From assembly GCA_022841445.1 (NCBI GenBank), contig JALHRM010000003.1, positions 343 to 64,342 of the forward strand: a stretch of 64,000 nt of DNA, read 5' to 3'. Positions 47,257 to 56,994 of this stretch are shown piece by piece. The first letter of the stretch is position 1. Every line of letters starts with the position of its first letter. The notes below the pieces were generated by a model. It ran no database searches, was not told the DNA's origin, and saw only the letters and a list, made by a program, of their open reading frames with translations. A program made the position numbers and the translations under genes. The DNA comes from Candidatus Saccharimonadota bacterium. GTDB taxonomy: Bacteria > Patescibacteriota > Saccharimonadia > Saccharimonadales > UBA10212.

Positions 47257-47649
47257 TCAGACAACAGCTACAAGTTCGATATCGAAAACTAACGCAGAAT
47301 TTGGCGGGATATTGGCTGCTGGAGATGAGCTGCCGTAGGCCATTTCGGCTGGAATAATAAGCCGGCGTGTGCCGCCTACTTTCATGCCTGGCACTCCATC
47401 ACCCCAGCCTTGAATGACTTGATTGAGGCTAAATGTAATTGGCTCGCCAAAGTCGTGTGAGCTTTGAAAAATCGTGCCATCCGCCACCAATGCGCCTGTA
47501 TAGTGGGCGGTAATCGTAGCACCTTCAGGGACGACATCACCACTGCCTTCGATTGAATCAATAATTTGTAATTGAGTGACACTTGGGAGCGGGGTGAACC
47601 CGGCTAGCAGCGTGCCTTCTAGTTTTTGATCGCTTGAGTTTTTATCCAT
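47257..47649 (-). CDS. FKBP-type peptidyl-prolyl cis-trans isomerase (cytoplasmic, 130 aa).
   Basis: ATITAHYTGALVADGTIFQSS...GTRRLIIPAEMAYG...LVFDIELV. Confidence 0.88.
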   Translation of the reverse strand: MDKNSSDQKLEGTLLAGFTPLPSVTQLQIIDSIEGSGDVVPEGATITAHYTGALVADGTIFQSSHDFGEPITFSLNQVIQGWGDGVPGMKVGGTRRLIIPAEMAYGSSSPAANIPPNSALVFDIELVAVV

Positions 47650-47701
47650 TCCTCTATTTTACTACAGGAAACTAGTACAGGCTTGCTGCTAGAATATAGG
47701 C

Positions 47702-49123
47702 ATGAGTGTTATGGGTAATCCATTAGTATTTATTGATGTTGAAACGTCTGGGATGGCCAGCTACAACAGTCGGGTGATCGAAGTCGGGGCGCTGCGAGTT
47801 GAAGATGGCAAAGTCGTCAGCAAAATAAACACACTCATTAACCCTGAAGGGCATGTTAATCCCTACATCCAGAAGATCACAGGCATCGACCTTTCGAGAT
47901 TAGGTAGTGCTCCAGTCTTTGCCGACATAGCAAAAGATTTATACGAAATGCTAGAGGGAGCATTGTTCATTGCCCATAATGTGCGTTTTGACCACAGTTT
48001 CATAAAAAATGAATTTAAACGTGTTGGCACCAACTACAGAACAAAAATGTTGTGCAGTGTTCGGCTGTCGAGGGCGCTGTATCCGCACTATCGGCGTCAT
48101 GGTCTTGACCACGTGATCGAGCGGCACAACATCCAAATCACTAACCGGCACCGAGCGTATGATGATGCGAAAGCGGTCTGGGAATTCTTCAAAATCGCTC
48201 GCGCAGAAAACAGCATCGAAGCATTTGAAAGTGCTATCCGTGCACAGGTTCGCCAGCCATCGCTGCCATCAAATTTACCTCCAGATTTTACCAAGAATCT
48301 ACCAGAATCCACGGGCGTGTACATATTTGAAGACAACGCCGCCAAACCACTATACGTCGGTAAAAGTATCAATATAAAAAAGCGCGTATTAAGCCACTTT
48401 TCAGATGATCATGCATCAACCAAAGAGCTAAAAATTTCACAGCAGGTCAGCGGTATCACCGTTCATAAAACAGTCACCGAACTACAGGCCTTGCTGCTTG
48501 AATCACGACTCGTAAAAGACCTTCAGCCGCTTTTTAATCGCCAACTTAGGCGAACAAGTAAGCTTGTTCTAGCGAAATGTCGCACTACGGATTCGGGGTA
48601 TCAAACTATCATGCTGCAAGAAGCAAATAGCGACGAATTACTGCCGGATTCAATGGAGCAGGTCATGGCTGTCTATACCACTCGCGGTAAGGCCAGGCAG
48701 GCGCTCGAATCATACGTTAAATTGTACGAACTCTGCCCTAAAATGCTTGGTTTGGAATCGGGTGCTGGGGTATGCTTTCTTCGGCAGCTCAAAAAATGCC
48801 ACGGAGCCTGCGAAGGAGTTGAAACAGTTGCTCGCCATAATTTTCGATTGCAAACGGCGTTTGCCACATCGCGCATTAAAGCCTGGCCATACAAGGGCGC
48901 AATTATCGTTAGCGAACCACAATCGAGCGGCGGGGTTATTGTCGATCAGTGGTGTGTTATTGGTGAAATAAATGAGCAGGAAAATTGTGATCAGATAGCA
49001 CAAAGCATAGGCACGCGGTTTGACCTGGACACTTATAAAATACTTACATCGTACTTGGCTCGCAAAAAGTCCAAACTCTTGATTAGACCGCTGCAAACCG
49101 AGCAATTGGCAATGGTTTTATGA
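47702..49123 (+). CDS. DnaQ-like 3'-5' exonuclease (DEDDh) fused to a GIY-YIG (UvrC/Cho-like) nuclease domain.
   Basis: Exo motifs FIDVETSG, HNVRFD and YDDAKAV, then GIY-YIG GVYIFEDN...PLYVGKSINIKKRVLSHF. Confidence 0.8.
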   Translation: MSVMGNPLVFIDVETSGMASYNSRVIEVGALRVEDGKVVSKINTLINPEGHVNPYIQKITGIDLSRLGSAPVFADIAKDLYEMLEGALFIAHNVRFDHSFIKNEFKRVGTNYRTKMLCSVRLSRALYPHYRRHGLDHVIERHNIQITNRHRAYDDAKAVWEFFKIARAENSIEAFESAIRAQVRQPSLPSNLPPDFTKNLPESTGVYIFEDNAAKPLYVGKSINIKKRVLSHFSDDHASTKELKISQQVSGITVHKTVTELQALLLESRLVKDLQPLFNRQLRRTSKLVLAKCRTTDSGYQTIMLQEANSDELLPDSMEQVMAVYTTRGKARQALESYVKLYELCPKMLGLESGAGVCFLRQLKKCHGACEGVETVARHNFRLQTAFATSRIKAWPYKGAIIVSEPQSSGGVIVDQWCVIGEINEQENCDQIAQSIGTRFDLDTYKILTSYLARKKSKLLIRPLQTEQLAMVL

Positions 49124-49209
49124 ACTCGCACCTGGTTGCGCGAAAAACTTCGCTATAATAACCAAATAGTTCATAAAACAAAGGTAAGTTTATCAGGAGG
49201 TTGTAGTAT

Positions 49210-49815
49210 ATGGCGGTAGACGTAAGCGGGGAGGTCAGGACTGGGACGATAGCGACAATAGCTAGTGGAATTGAGGATTTGCACCAAGAATTTGGTGACG
49301 TTTACGGCACCGGGCAGATGCCACTCCTAACAACCGCGGAAGGTTATTACTGGCCCGGTCTTCAGCGGGCACCACAGAGCGGTAACTTGCGTACAGAAGT
49401 TTTTCTGCGTATTGCTCAGGATGAGCCAGACACATGGCGGGCTGATATGGTGAGCAGGCTGGTCGATCTTAGTGATTCAAATGCTGCGCCTGTGTTGGTT
49501 GGTGTTGCGGCCGCGTATTTTGCGATCAGAGGTAATGAGATAGGTGTACGAAACAGGGATTATTACCCACCTCATGGAATTCGCGCGCCACGCTTAATTC
49601 GCTCACCTCGCGCGGTTAGGCGAGATGTCCAGGTAGCTGAAACAATCGCCAGATTTTCAGTTGAAGAGTTGAATGATGTCGTAACCAGACGTGCCGGTGA
49701 ACTGGATGTCGCTAACCTTTCCGTGCGCAGAACTGCAATCACTGCGCCACGAAGCGGTCGATGGGCAATGCTACTTACCGGATTACACCAAGACCACCCA
49801 GCATGGCGCAACTAA
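49210..49815 (+). CDS. Hypothetical Arg-rich protein (201 aa).
   Basis: ORF of slightly elevated GC with no motif recognised. Confidence 0.4.
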   Translation: MAVDVSGEVRTGTIATIASGIEDLHQEFGDVYGTGQMPLLTTAEGYYWPGLQRAPQSGNLRTEVFLRIAQDEPDTWRADMVSRLVDLSDSNAAPVLVGVAAAYFAIRGNEIGVRNRDYYPPHGIRAPRLIRSPRAVRRDVQVAETIARFSVEELNDVVTRRAGELDVANLSVRRTAITAPRSGRWAMLLTGLHQDHPAWRN

Positions 49816-49845
49816 ATCGATTACCCGTGCAGTACAATTAGATGC

Positions 49846-50223
49846 ATGATTCATATTGAAGATGAAGTGTTTGAAAAAATAGTGGCTGACGGGATTGACG
49901 CTATTCCAGAAAAATACGGCCAGCACATCGATAACGTAGCGTTCGTGGTGGAAGATCAACCCAGCGAGCAGCAGCGCAAGAAGCTTGGGCTACGCTGTCA
50001 TGAAACACTATTTGGTCTGTATGAAGGAGTACCGCTGACCAGAAAGGGCGGCAATTACCCGTACATGCTGCCAGATAAAATTACTATATTTAAGAAACCA
50101 ATTGAAGCGGTTAGTCAAACGCTTGAAGATGTGCGGCAGCAAGTCCGAAAAACCATCTGGCACGAGGTTGCTCATTATTTTGGTCTCGACCACGACCAGA
50201 TCCATGCGCTAGAATCTAAATAA
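49846..50223 (+). CDS. Small zincin-like metallopeptidase-family protein (DUF1025-like).
   Basis: C-terminal WHEVAHYFGLDHDQI (HExxH + GLxxD) in a 125-aa protein. Confidence 0.55.
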   Translation: MIHIEDEVFEKIVADGIDAIPEKYGQHIDNVAFVVEDQPSEQQRKKLGLRCHETLFGLYEGVPLTRKGGNYPYMLPDKITIFKKPIEAVSQTLEDVRQQVRKTIWHEVAHYFGLDHDQIHALESK

Positions 50224-50244
50224 TGATAAAGCGGGTGGCTTGTT

Positions 50245-50751
50245 GTGGCAGGGTATAAAGGGCATATCACTGGAGCAGTGGTGGTTGGCAGTGCCTATGC
50301 TGCCGGACTAAGGTTTTTACCGGGAGAAAACTGGCGCGAAACCAGTAATTTATTAGTTGACTGGCAACTGTTGATTGGGCTGATTGTTATCGCTGTGTTG
50401 TTTGGTCTGTTTCCTGATATCGACACTAATTCCATGGGGCAGAATATTTTTTATGGATTGGCATTTGTGGGTGACATAATTTTGATTGCTACAGGCCACA
50501 TCGAAGCCGCTGCTTACCTGGGCTTACTCGCCATGACGCCAATTGTCGGTAAGCACCGTGGCTGGACGCATAGCAAGATTGCAATGCTGCTTGTGCCGCT
50601 GCCAATTGTGCTAGTGCCATATCTACACCGCGAAAGCGTGCTGGATACGGCGCTTATTGTGTATGGCGCAGCGGTGGCTGGCTACTTCAGTCATTTGCTG
50701 CTAGATGGATTAATCATTCGTCGTTTTGCTATTCGTTCGCACCGCCGATAG
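50245..50751 (+). CDS. Membrane-bound metal-dependent hydrolase, YdjM/DUF457 family.
   Basis: N-terminal GHITGAVVVG and HRGWTHS motifs in a 4-TM protein. GTG start. Confidence 0.55.
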   Translation: MAGYKGHITGAVVVGSAYAAGLRFLPGENWRETSNLLVDWQLLIGLIVIAVLFGLFPDIDTNSMGQNIFYGLAFVGDIILIATGHIEAAAYLGLLAMTPIVGKHRGWTHSKIAMLLVPLPIVLVPYLHRESVLDTALIVYGAAVAGYFSHLLLDGLIIRRFAIRSHRR

Positions 50752-51181
50752 TTTGTTTGTATAGCGCTATATTTTCGGCGTGGTCGAAAGCAATTTGATC
50801 GATTGACGGTAGTTTATCAAGTGGGAACCAACGCTGCTCAGTGCTTTCGTTATCAGGCTCACCAGTTTTTTTAGTCGCAGTGCAAACGTAAACAAATGAA
50901 ACGTTTTGCCTGTTTTCACCCTTACGTACTCCATCGTTGACGCGAAGCAATGTTATGTCGGCAACTTCCCAGCCGGTTTCTTCGTAAACTTCTCGGGAAA
51001 AGCCTTCGGTGGTAGTTTCGTCCAGTTCTAAAAACCCACCAACCAACGCCCATTTACCGGCTTCACTTAGATGCGCTGCACGTTTTATGAGTAAAATTTT
51101 ATTACCAACAATGACTAATCCATCGACAACGACATGGCGTAAGTTTGCCGTATTACCATCTTCAAATGTGCAATTGATCAT
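50729..51181 (-). CDS. NUDIX hydrolase.
   Basis: Nudix box GGFLELDETTTEGFSREVYEETGWEV. Confidence 0.88.
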   Translation of the reverse strand: MINCTFEDGNTANLRHVVVDGLVIVGNKILLIKRAAHLSEAGKWALVGGFLELDETTTEGFSREVYEETGWEVADITLLRVNDGVRKGENRQNVSFVYVCTATKKTGEPDNESTEQRWFPLDKLPSIDQIAFDHAENIALYKQTIGGANE

Positions 51182-51252
51182 AGAAGTTTATTATAGAGCG
51201 AAGAGGTGTAAATTTGCCATCTATTGCCGAGGCGGATACACTAGTATGCATT

Positions 51253-52134
51253 ATGGCTACAAAACGAAAGTCCGACACCAAATCCGAAAAAACCAAGAAG
51301 AAAAAAAATATCGAAGTGGCGGTTGCCGAAGCGAAAGCGACTGTGAAAAAAACCAATAAGCGTCAGCCAATGACCAGCAAGCGCTTTAATCTACTTATTG
51401 CTCTGCTGCATTTTGTGCAAGGACTTATCATCCTGGTCATGGGCGGAATCGACCGAGCACTTGTACCAATCACGACATTGTTTGCAACCAAGGACGAATT
51501 GGCTTCTCAGGCAGCTGGCGAAACTGTTTTGGCGAGCGCTGCCGAACACTTGTTTGATCTACCGCTATCTGTTGCTATTGCTTCATTCTTTTTCGTTGCC
51601 GGGCTGACTCACGTGTTACTGGCGACTCGATACCGCACTAAATATGAGGCAGAAAGAGCAGTAGGTTTTAATGTTACTCGTTCAGTTGGTTACGCATTCG
51701 TAGCTGGCCTGATGGCAGTAACGGTAGGTCTCGCAGTAGGGGTATGGAGCTTGCCTGTAATCATTCTTATTCTTGGAGCTGTCGTGGCCGGCAATGCTTT
51801 TCATTTACTTATGGATACGCATAACCGCGGTTCTCGGCCGACAAAGTGGTGGCCCTATTGGTTGTCAATCAAAAATGGTCTATTAGCATGGGTAGTAATT
51901 GGGCTGTATATTCTAGCTGCGATTGTTCACGGTAACGGTTTGCCAATGTACGCGTATGTTGCCGCGGGGGTGACCTTCCTTTTCTTTGCTCTGTTTGCCG
52001 CTATAAGCTACAAACATCATAAAAAGCAGGGCAAATGGGCATCGTTCTTGTATGTCGACCGCGCTTTTACGTATCTAAACCTTATCGCAGTCGCCGTGCT
52101 GGGCTGGTTGTTGTTTGCACTAGCTATTGTTTAA
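51253..52134 (+). CDS. Hypothetical polytopic membrane protein with a Lys-rich N-terminus.
   Basis: Six or more hydrophobic helices. I used ATG 51253 (MATKRKSD); the ORF opens at 51214. Confidence 0.45.
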   Translation: MATKRKSDTKSEKTKKKKNIEVAVAEAKATVKKTNKRQPMTSKRFNLLIALLHFVQGLIILVMGGIDRALVPITTLFATKDELASQAAGETVLASAAEHLFDLPLSVAIASFFFVAGLTHVLLATRYRTKYEAERAVGFNVTRSVGYAFVAGLMAVTVGLAVGVWSLPVIILILGAVVAGNAFHLLMDTHNRGSRPTKWWPYWLSIKNGLLAWVVIGLYILAAIVHGNGLPMYAYVAAGVTFLFFALFAAISYKHHKKQGKWASFLYVDRAFTYLNLIAVAVLGWLLFALAIV

Positions 52135-53416
52135 TCGCACTCCATTGAAACATCCGCTGAGCGAAGTAGTTGTTATAGAAAAGTTGGTTCATGGCGGTCA
52201 AGGTATGGGACGGCTGGCAGACGGGCGAGTGGTATTTGTTTGGAACGCTTTGCCGGGCGAAACGGTCAGGGCAAATATATATAAACGCAAGCGCGATTAC
52301 GTAGAATCGATAGCAGTCGAAATTATTGAAGCATCGCCGGAGCGTATTGCCCCCCGTGAGGCGGACAGTTTTTTAGCCACCAGCCCCTGGCAGATGATGA
52401 GCTTTGCTACTGAAAATAGCTACAAAAAAGCGATTATTGCGGAGACGTTTGAGCGTGAAAAAATAACGCTGCCGGATTTTGCATTAGTTTCAGACGGCAT
52501 GGAGTACGGCTACCGTAACAAAATGGAGTACAGTTTTTTTGGCGATGATAATGGGCTGCATCTGGCACTTCATCACCGTGGATCGCACCGCAAAATGATT
52601 GTCAAAGGCAGTGCTTTGGCACAAGCAGCAATTGATCAAGCTGGCAACAAACTCATTGAACTATTAAACGGTCTGAATGTGCGGGCAGCCGATTTGAAAT
52701 CTGTTATTATCCGCTGCAGCCAAGATAAAAAGGTCGCGGCCAGCCTGTTTGTTAAAACAGAGACATTTGCTGATATGAGCCTCGTATCTTCATTTATGAA
52801 TGGCATGGATGTGTACTATTCGAACCCGAAAAGTCCAGCCTCGGTCGCTACCAAAGTACTGCAATCAGTCGGGTCTACCGTACTAACCGATAATCTTACG
52901 GGTAAAGGTTTCGATTATAGCGTGAATTCGTTTTTTCAAGGAAACATCCCAGTTTTTGAGTTAGCGCTAGCCAAAATAAAACAACACACTGACCAGGGCG
53001 ATATTACCGACATGTTTTGTGGTGTAGGGGTTATCGGACTAAGTATTGGTTCACGCAAAGTAAGCCTGATAGAATCTGATCCTGCGAATGCAGTAATGCT
53101 GCGTGGTAATGCCAAACATAGCAAGCTGGACACACAGGTAATAATTGCTCCTGCCGAAAAAGCTACTGAGCACATTGATCCAGATAAGATTTTAATTGTC
53201 GATCCGCCCCGGGCAGGGCTCCATAGTGATGTAGTGGCTGCTATCAACAGCGCGTTACCGCCAAAAGTTGCGTACCTCAGCTGCAATCCGTCCACCCAGG
53301 CGAGAGACCTGGCACTGCTGCATAAAAATTATCGAGTGACATTTTTTGAAGGCTATAACTTTTTTCCGCGGACTCCCCACATTGAATCGCTTGCTATACT
53401 TAAGCGGATTGCATAA
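52127..53416 (+). CDS. rlmD: TRAM-domain RNA (uracil-5)-methyltransferase of the RlmD/RumA/TrmA family.
   Basis: N-terminal TRAM (VVIEKLVHGGQGMGRL...VFVWNALPGETV) and C-terminal SAM MTase motifs (FCGVGVIGL, DPPRAGL). TTG start overlapping the upstream gene. Confidence 0.75.
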   Translation: MFNRTPLKHPLSEVVVIEKLVHGGQGMGRLADGRVVFVWNALPGETVRANIYKRKRDYVESIAVEIIEASPERIAPREADSFLATSPWQMMSFATENSYKKAIIAETFEREKITLPDFALVSDGMEYGYRNKMEYSFFGDDNGLHLALHHRGSHRKMIVKGSALAQAAIDQAGNKLIELLNGLNVRAADLKSVIIRCSQDKKVAASLFVKTETFADMSLVSSFMNGMDVYYSNPKSPASVATKVLQSVGSTVLTDNLTGKGFDYSVNSFFQGNIPVFELALAKIKQHTDQGDITDMFCGVGVIGLSIGSRKVSLIESDPANAVMLRGNAKHSKLDTQVIIAPAEKATEHIDPDKILIVDPPRAGLHSDVVAAINSALPPKVAYLSCNPSTQARDLALLHKNYRVTFFEGYNFFPRTPHIESLAILKRIA

Positions 53417-53456
53417 ATAAGCCCGGGGTGGTTTACTGATTGCTATAGGAGTTACA

Positions 53457-54170
53457 ATGCCGCAATCAGAATTAAATGAGTACATTCAAAAAGCCCGCGA
53501 ACGGGGTATTGATGATGCCACAATCAGAAACAATCTTACCAGCGCCGGTTGGCCAGACGCCGACGTAAACACCGCACTGCTTGGTGATGTGCCTGTTCCT
53601 GTACCGCCGCATCACGGTGGACATCATGCGCAGACCCATCCATCAGCGATGCCGCATGGCGGATTTGTACAACATAATCCACAGCAGCCGATAGCGGTTG
53701 TTCAAAACCTCAGCGTACGTGGCTTTGAGTACAGTATTATGTTCATCACTCTGTTAATCAGTGCTTTTTCTGTCGGCGGCTTATTGCATGCCCTGGTTGA
53801 TACGATGTTTAGCGGAAACGAAACATACGCCTATAGCGACAGTTCCGGTGGATTTCAGACTATCGCGATCACGCTTTTGATCGTTAGCTTCCCCATCTTT
53901 GCGTACATGTTTATAAGACTCAAAAAGGCTGAACTGCGTGATCCTTCCATTCGTCGCGATCCTTCGCGTCGAAAGTGGACACAGTTCACCCAACTGGCTT
54001 GTTTTATTGTTGGATTGATTTACGCAGTAACCTTTGTCTATTTCATTATCGAGGGGGATGATGAGACATCACTTGTAAAGCAAATGTTACACACGGCCAT
54101 TACACTCATCATAGTCGGCGGCATTTTTGCTTACTACTGGCGTGAGGATCATCGTGCTGAACGATCCTAA
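53457..54170 (+). CDS. Hypothetical membrane protein with one N-terminal GWP helical repeat, a His/Pro-rich linker and 4 TM. It is a paralogue of the 54719 gene.
   Basis: ELNEYIQKARERGIDDATIRNNLTSAGWPDADV, then PVPVPPHHGGHHAQTHP, then TM helices. Confidence 0.5.
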   Translation: MPQSELNEYIQKARERGIDDATIRNNLTSAGWPDADVNTALLGDVPVPVPPHHGGHHAQTHPSAMPHGGFVQHNPQQPIAVVQNLSVRGFEYSIMFITLLISAFSVGGLLHALVDTMFSGNETYAYSDSSGGFQTIAITLLIVSFPIFAYMFIRLKKAELRDPSIRRDPSRRKWTQFTQLACFIVGLIYAVTFVYFIIEGDDETSLVKQMLHTAITLIIVGGIFAYYWREDHRAERS

Positions 54171-54711
54171 AGCCTCGTCGGCGAGTATTCGGAAATACTA
54201 TATCGTATTTGGAGCACTGGTGTTGTTTATTGTGGTATTGATAGGCTTTTCGTTATTGCAAAGCCGTGGAAAAATACTTGACAATGAAATAGCAAATCGC
54301 TTGGCTGATGTATGGTACGACATCGAATATAAACAGTACGGTAGTGGCGGCTTACCGGTGTCTCTAAATAAGGCAACTAATAGAAACACTAAAGACCTTA
54401 CATACTATCGACTTGACGAAAGAACGTACATGCTTTGTGCTGAATTCGAAACAAAGAGCGGCACCACAAAACCAGACGCGCTGAATGACCGGCAGCGCGC
54501 GCTAATAGAAGATGCCGGCCAATCACTAACAGCTACGACTTACCATTCTTCAAAAAGCGATAACTACGGTTATGTGGACATTTATGTTCGCCAAGAAGGC
54601 CGCAATTGCTACATAAACGAGCTCGAAATTTTACCGGATGACTCGCTCAAGCTCAATAACTATGAGAACTATGAGTCCGAGGATGCGAATTTACCATCAT
54701 CAGAAATATAG
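54127..54711 (+). CDS. Hypothetical secreted or membrane-anchored protein (about 180 aa).
   Basis: ORF overlapping the upstream gene end. The start is uncertain (TTG 54127 or GTG 54142/54154). A TM anchor is followed by a soluble domain. Confidence 0.4.
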   Translation: MLTTGVRIIVLNDPKASSASIRKYYIVFGALVLFIVVLIGFSLLQSRGKILDNEIANRLADVWYDIEYKQYGSGGLPVSLNKATNRNTKDLTYYRLDERTYMLCAEFETKSGTTKPDALNDRQRALIEDAGQSLTATTYHSSKSDNYGYVDIYVRQEGRNCYINELEILPDDSLKLNNYENYESEDANLPSSEI

Positions 54712-54718
54712 TTAAGCA

Positions 54719-55426
54719 ATGGAAATAGATCAGGCGCTTGTAGATTTCGTACGTGAGGCTAAAGTCTATGGTTTATCGAACGAAGAGATAGTTGGCGAGT
54801 TAGTACAAAGTGGGTGGCCGGCACCGTATCTGCAAGTATTAAACACGGATTCTGATTTACTGAATTACATTGGTGAAGCTCGTGCTCAGGGGGTCAGTGA
54901 AGAATCGATTGCCCAAGAACTTGTAGGGCAGGGTTGGCCAACCGATTACCTGCGACTGGCATTTATGCTTCATCCGCCGCTCTTTGTAGCTACCCCAAAA
55001 CCTCAACCGAACCCTCAATCTCAGCGGCAACATCCTCCCGAGCAACCGCAACGTCCAAGTGTTCAGACGCTTCCTGTTCAACGCAAACCCAGCAACTACA
55101 CCTATGGTTTGAGTGTAGTAAGCCTTGCATTGCTGCTACCGGCAGCTGTAACGACCGTGTTGTTTTTGCGAGCAATGGTGCTGAGTTGGCTCGGCACACC
55201 AACGGCCTCGGAACTGCTTGATTTAATCGTTTTGCCAATGGTATTAAGCGGTATATTTGTGCCGGTAGGTTTGTTTGCTTCGGCCACCGCCAGTCATCGG
55301 CTCGTTGCACTTGCAACGAAAGATCTAGGGAAGACTATTTATGTAACATTCGCGGTGTATCAGACGTTAACAGTTTTGATCGCGAGCGGCTGGTTGGTAT
55401 TTTTGATTGGTCGGTTTGTGGGCTAG
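54719..55426 (+). CDS. Hypothetical membrane protein with two N-terminal GWP helical repeats, a Pro/Gln-rich linker and 4 TM.
   Basis: ALVDFVREAKVYGLSNEEIVGELVQSGWPAPYL and LLNYIGEARAQGVSEESIAQELVGQGWPTDYL. Confidence 0.5.
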   Translation: MEIDQALVDFVREAKVYGLSNEEIVGELVQSGWPAPYLQVLNTDSDLLNYIGEARAQGVSEESIAQELVGQGWPTDYLRLAFMLHPPLFVATPKPQPNPQSQRQHPPEQPQRPSVQTLPVQRKPSNYTYGLSVVSLALLLPAAVTTVLFLRAMVLSWLGTPTASELLDLIVLPMVLSGIFVPVGLFASATASHRLVALATKDLGKTIYVTFAVYQTLTVLIASGWLVFLIGRFVG

Positions 55427-55438
55427 AATGGTGAGGCT

Positions 55439-56158
55439 ATGAAACTGCATCGCTTCTACACTGGGCAGCTCCATGACAAGCGCGGACATACCGAGCTCAC
55501 TGACCACATATGGGTGCATGACCAGCACTTACTTAATCAGTGGTTAAAAGTATTGCGCTTTCGTGAAGGCGACGAATTATCCTTGTTTGATGGAAGCGGG
55601 ATTGAAAAGTTGTATAAGGTTGCGGTTATCGAACCGCTTTCCGTAAAGCTTGAACTGGTGACTGAGCTTCATAAAAGCCTGCCAACCCGGCATCGCTATC
55701 TGCTATGGTCACTACTAAAGGCTGACAAAAATGATCTGGTTATACAAAAAGCTACTGAGATTGGCATTACCAATTTCGTACCCTTAGTTGCAGCCCGTAC
55801 CGAAAAAACCGGTTTTGATGAGCAGAGGGCGATGCGCATTGCTATTGAAGCGGCTGAACAGTGTGGGCGGGTTGACATCCCGCATATCCGCGAACCGATT
55901 TTGGTTGCCGAAGCCATAAAAGAGTACACATCCAATATTCAATTATTAGTAGCCGAACAGGGCAATTTGTCGATGACCCAAGACCAAAGTTCCGAGGAAG
56001 AACATCCGATAGGAGTTTTGATCGGGCCAGAAGGTGGATGGACCGACGAAGAACTACAGCTGTTCAGCGATAACAAACTTGCTCACATTGGACTTGGCGC
56101 CTACACCTTACGCGCCGAAACCGCCGCCATCACCGCTGCGGCGCAACTGCTACAATAA
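55439..56158 (+). CDS. rsmE: 16S rRNA (uracil1498-N3)-methyltransferase RsmE.
   Basis: MKLHRFYTG N-terminus and GPEGGWTDEE SPOUT motif. Confidence 0.85.
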   Translation: MKLHRFYTGQLHDKRGHTELTDHIWVHDQHLLNQWLKVLRFREGDELSLFDGSGIEKLYKVAVIEPLSVKLELVTELHKSLPTRHRYLLWSLLKADKNDLVIQKATEIGITNFVPLVAARTEKTGFDEQRAMRIAIEAAEQCGRVDIPHIREPILVAEAIKEYTSNIQLLVAEQGNLSMTQDQSSEEEHPIGVLIGPEGGWTDEELQLFSDNKLAHIGLGAYTLRAETAAITAAAQLLQ

Positions 56159-56165
56159 ACAAATA

Positions 56166-56987
56166 ATGATTGAAGCATCCCTATACATACTCATCTGGTC
56201 GGCAATGCTTGTTTTTGGCTACATTGTCTATCGATACTTATTCAAAGCAAAAAAACTAGAAACAGGCGTCATTAAAATTACTACGGGATCAAGCCAAACA
56301 TCATACTCATATATTATCGGAGACAATCTATCGTGGCCTGAATATGGCAGAGTTTTTTCGGGTATAGAGGTATTATTACCTAAAAGCATTCCCCATATAT
56401 ATTTAGATTCACACCACAATGATTCCAATACCAACCCCAAGCTTCTCATTGACAAGCCTGAAAAACTTTCACTAGAAGGTGATTTTAATAAGCATTTTCA
56501 AGCCTTTGCGAACAGCAAGTATTCAACCCTTGCTCTGAGTATACTGAGTCCGGACACACTACAAACACTAATTGACTGTAACCGTTTTGATATTGAACTT
56601 TACGACAATAAACTACGATTAATAACTGGATACAAAGTCCAATCAGACCCAGAAATCAAAAATTCGCTTATAAAATCCTCCCATGCTGTATTACTAGAAA
56701 TAGCGCATCGATTAAAAAGCCTGAATGTATCAAAACAGGATGTTGTCGCCAGTAGGATACCGGTAATTGAGTATGATGTAGTAAAAGTTGGTAAGCGTTC
56801 CTATGTTTCTGGTAGCGGTCTAAAAGTTGCTGTCTTTACATTCACACTTGGTGTAGTAATGTGGGTATGGGGTATTAGTATGTTGATATCCGGTGAAGAT
56901 ATCTTAATGGTTGCGACAGCGATAGGTGGGGGGCTTATAATCTTCCCCATAAGCTACCTTTTTATCCGTACTTACATCAGGTTCTGA
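56166..56987 (+). CDS. AT-rich (about 35% GC) hypothetical membrane protein with one N-terminal TM, a ~200-aa soluble domain and two C-terminal TM.
   Basis: Clean 273-codon ORF whose composition is markedly lower than its neighbours at about 48-50% GC. I used ATG 56166, directly after the rsmE stop; the ORF opens at 56034. Confidence 0.5.
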   Translation: MIEASLYILIWSAMLVFGYIVYRYLFKAKKLETGVIKITTGSSQTSYSYIIGDNLSWPEYGRVFSGIEVLLPKSIPHIYLDSHHNDSNTNPKLLIDKPEKLSLEGDFNKHFQAFANSKYSTLALSILSPDTLQTLIDCNRFDIELYDNKLRLITGYKVQSDPEIKNSLIKSSHAVLLEIAHRLKSLNVSKQDVVASRIPVIEYDVVKVGKRSYVSGSGLKVAVFTFTLGVVMWVWGISMLISGEDILMVATAIGGGLIIFPISYLFIRTYIRF

Positions 56988-56994
56988 TTGTCAT

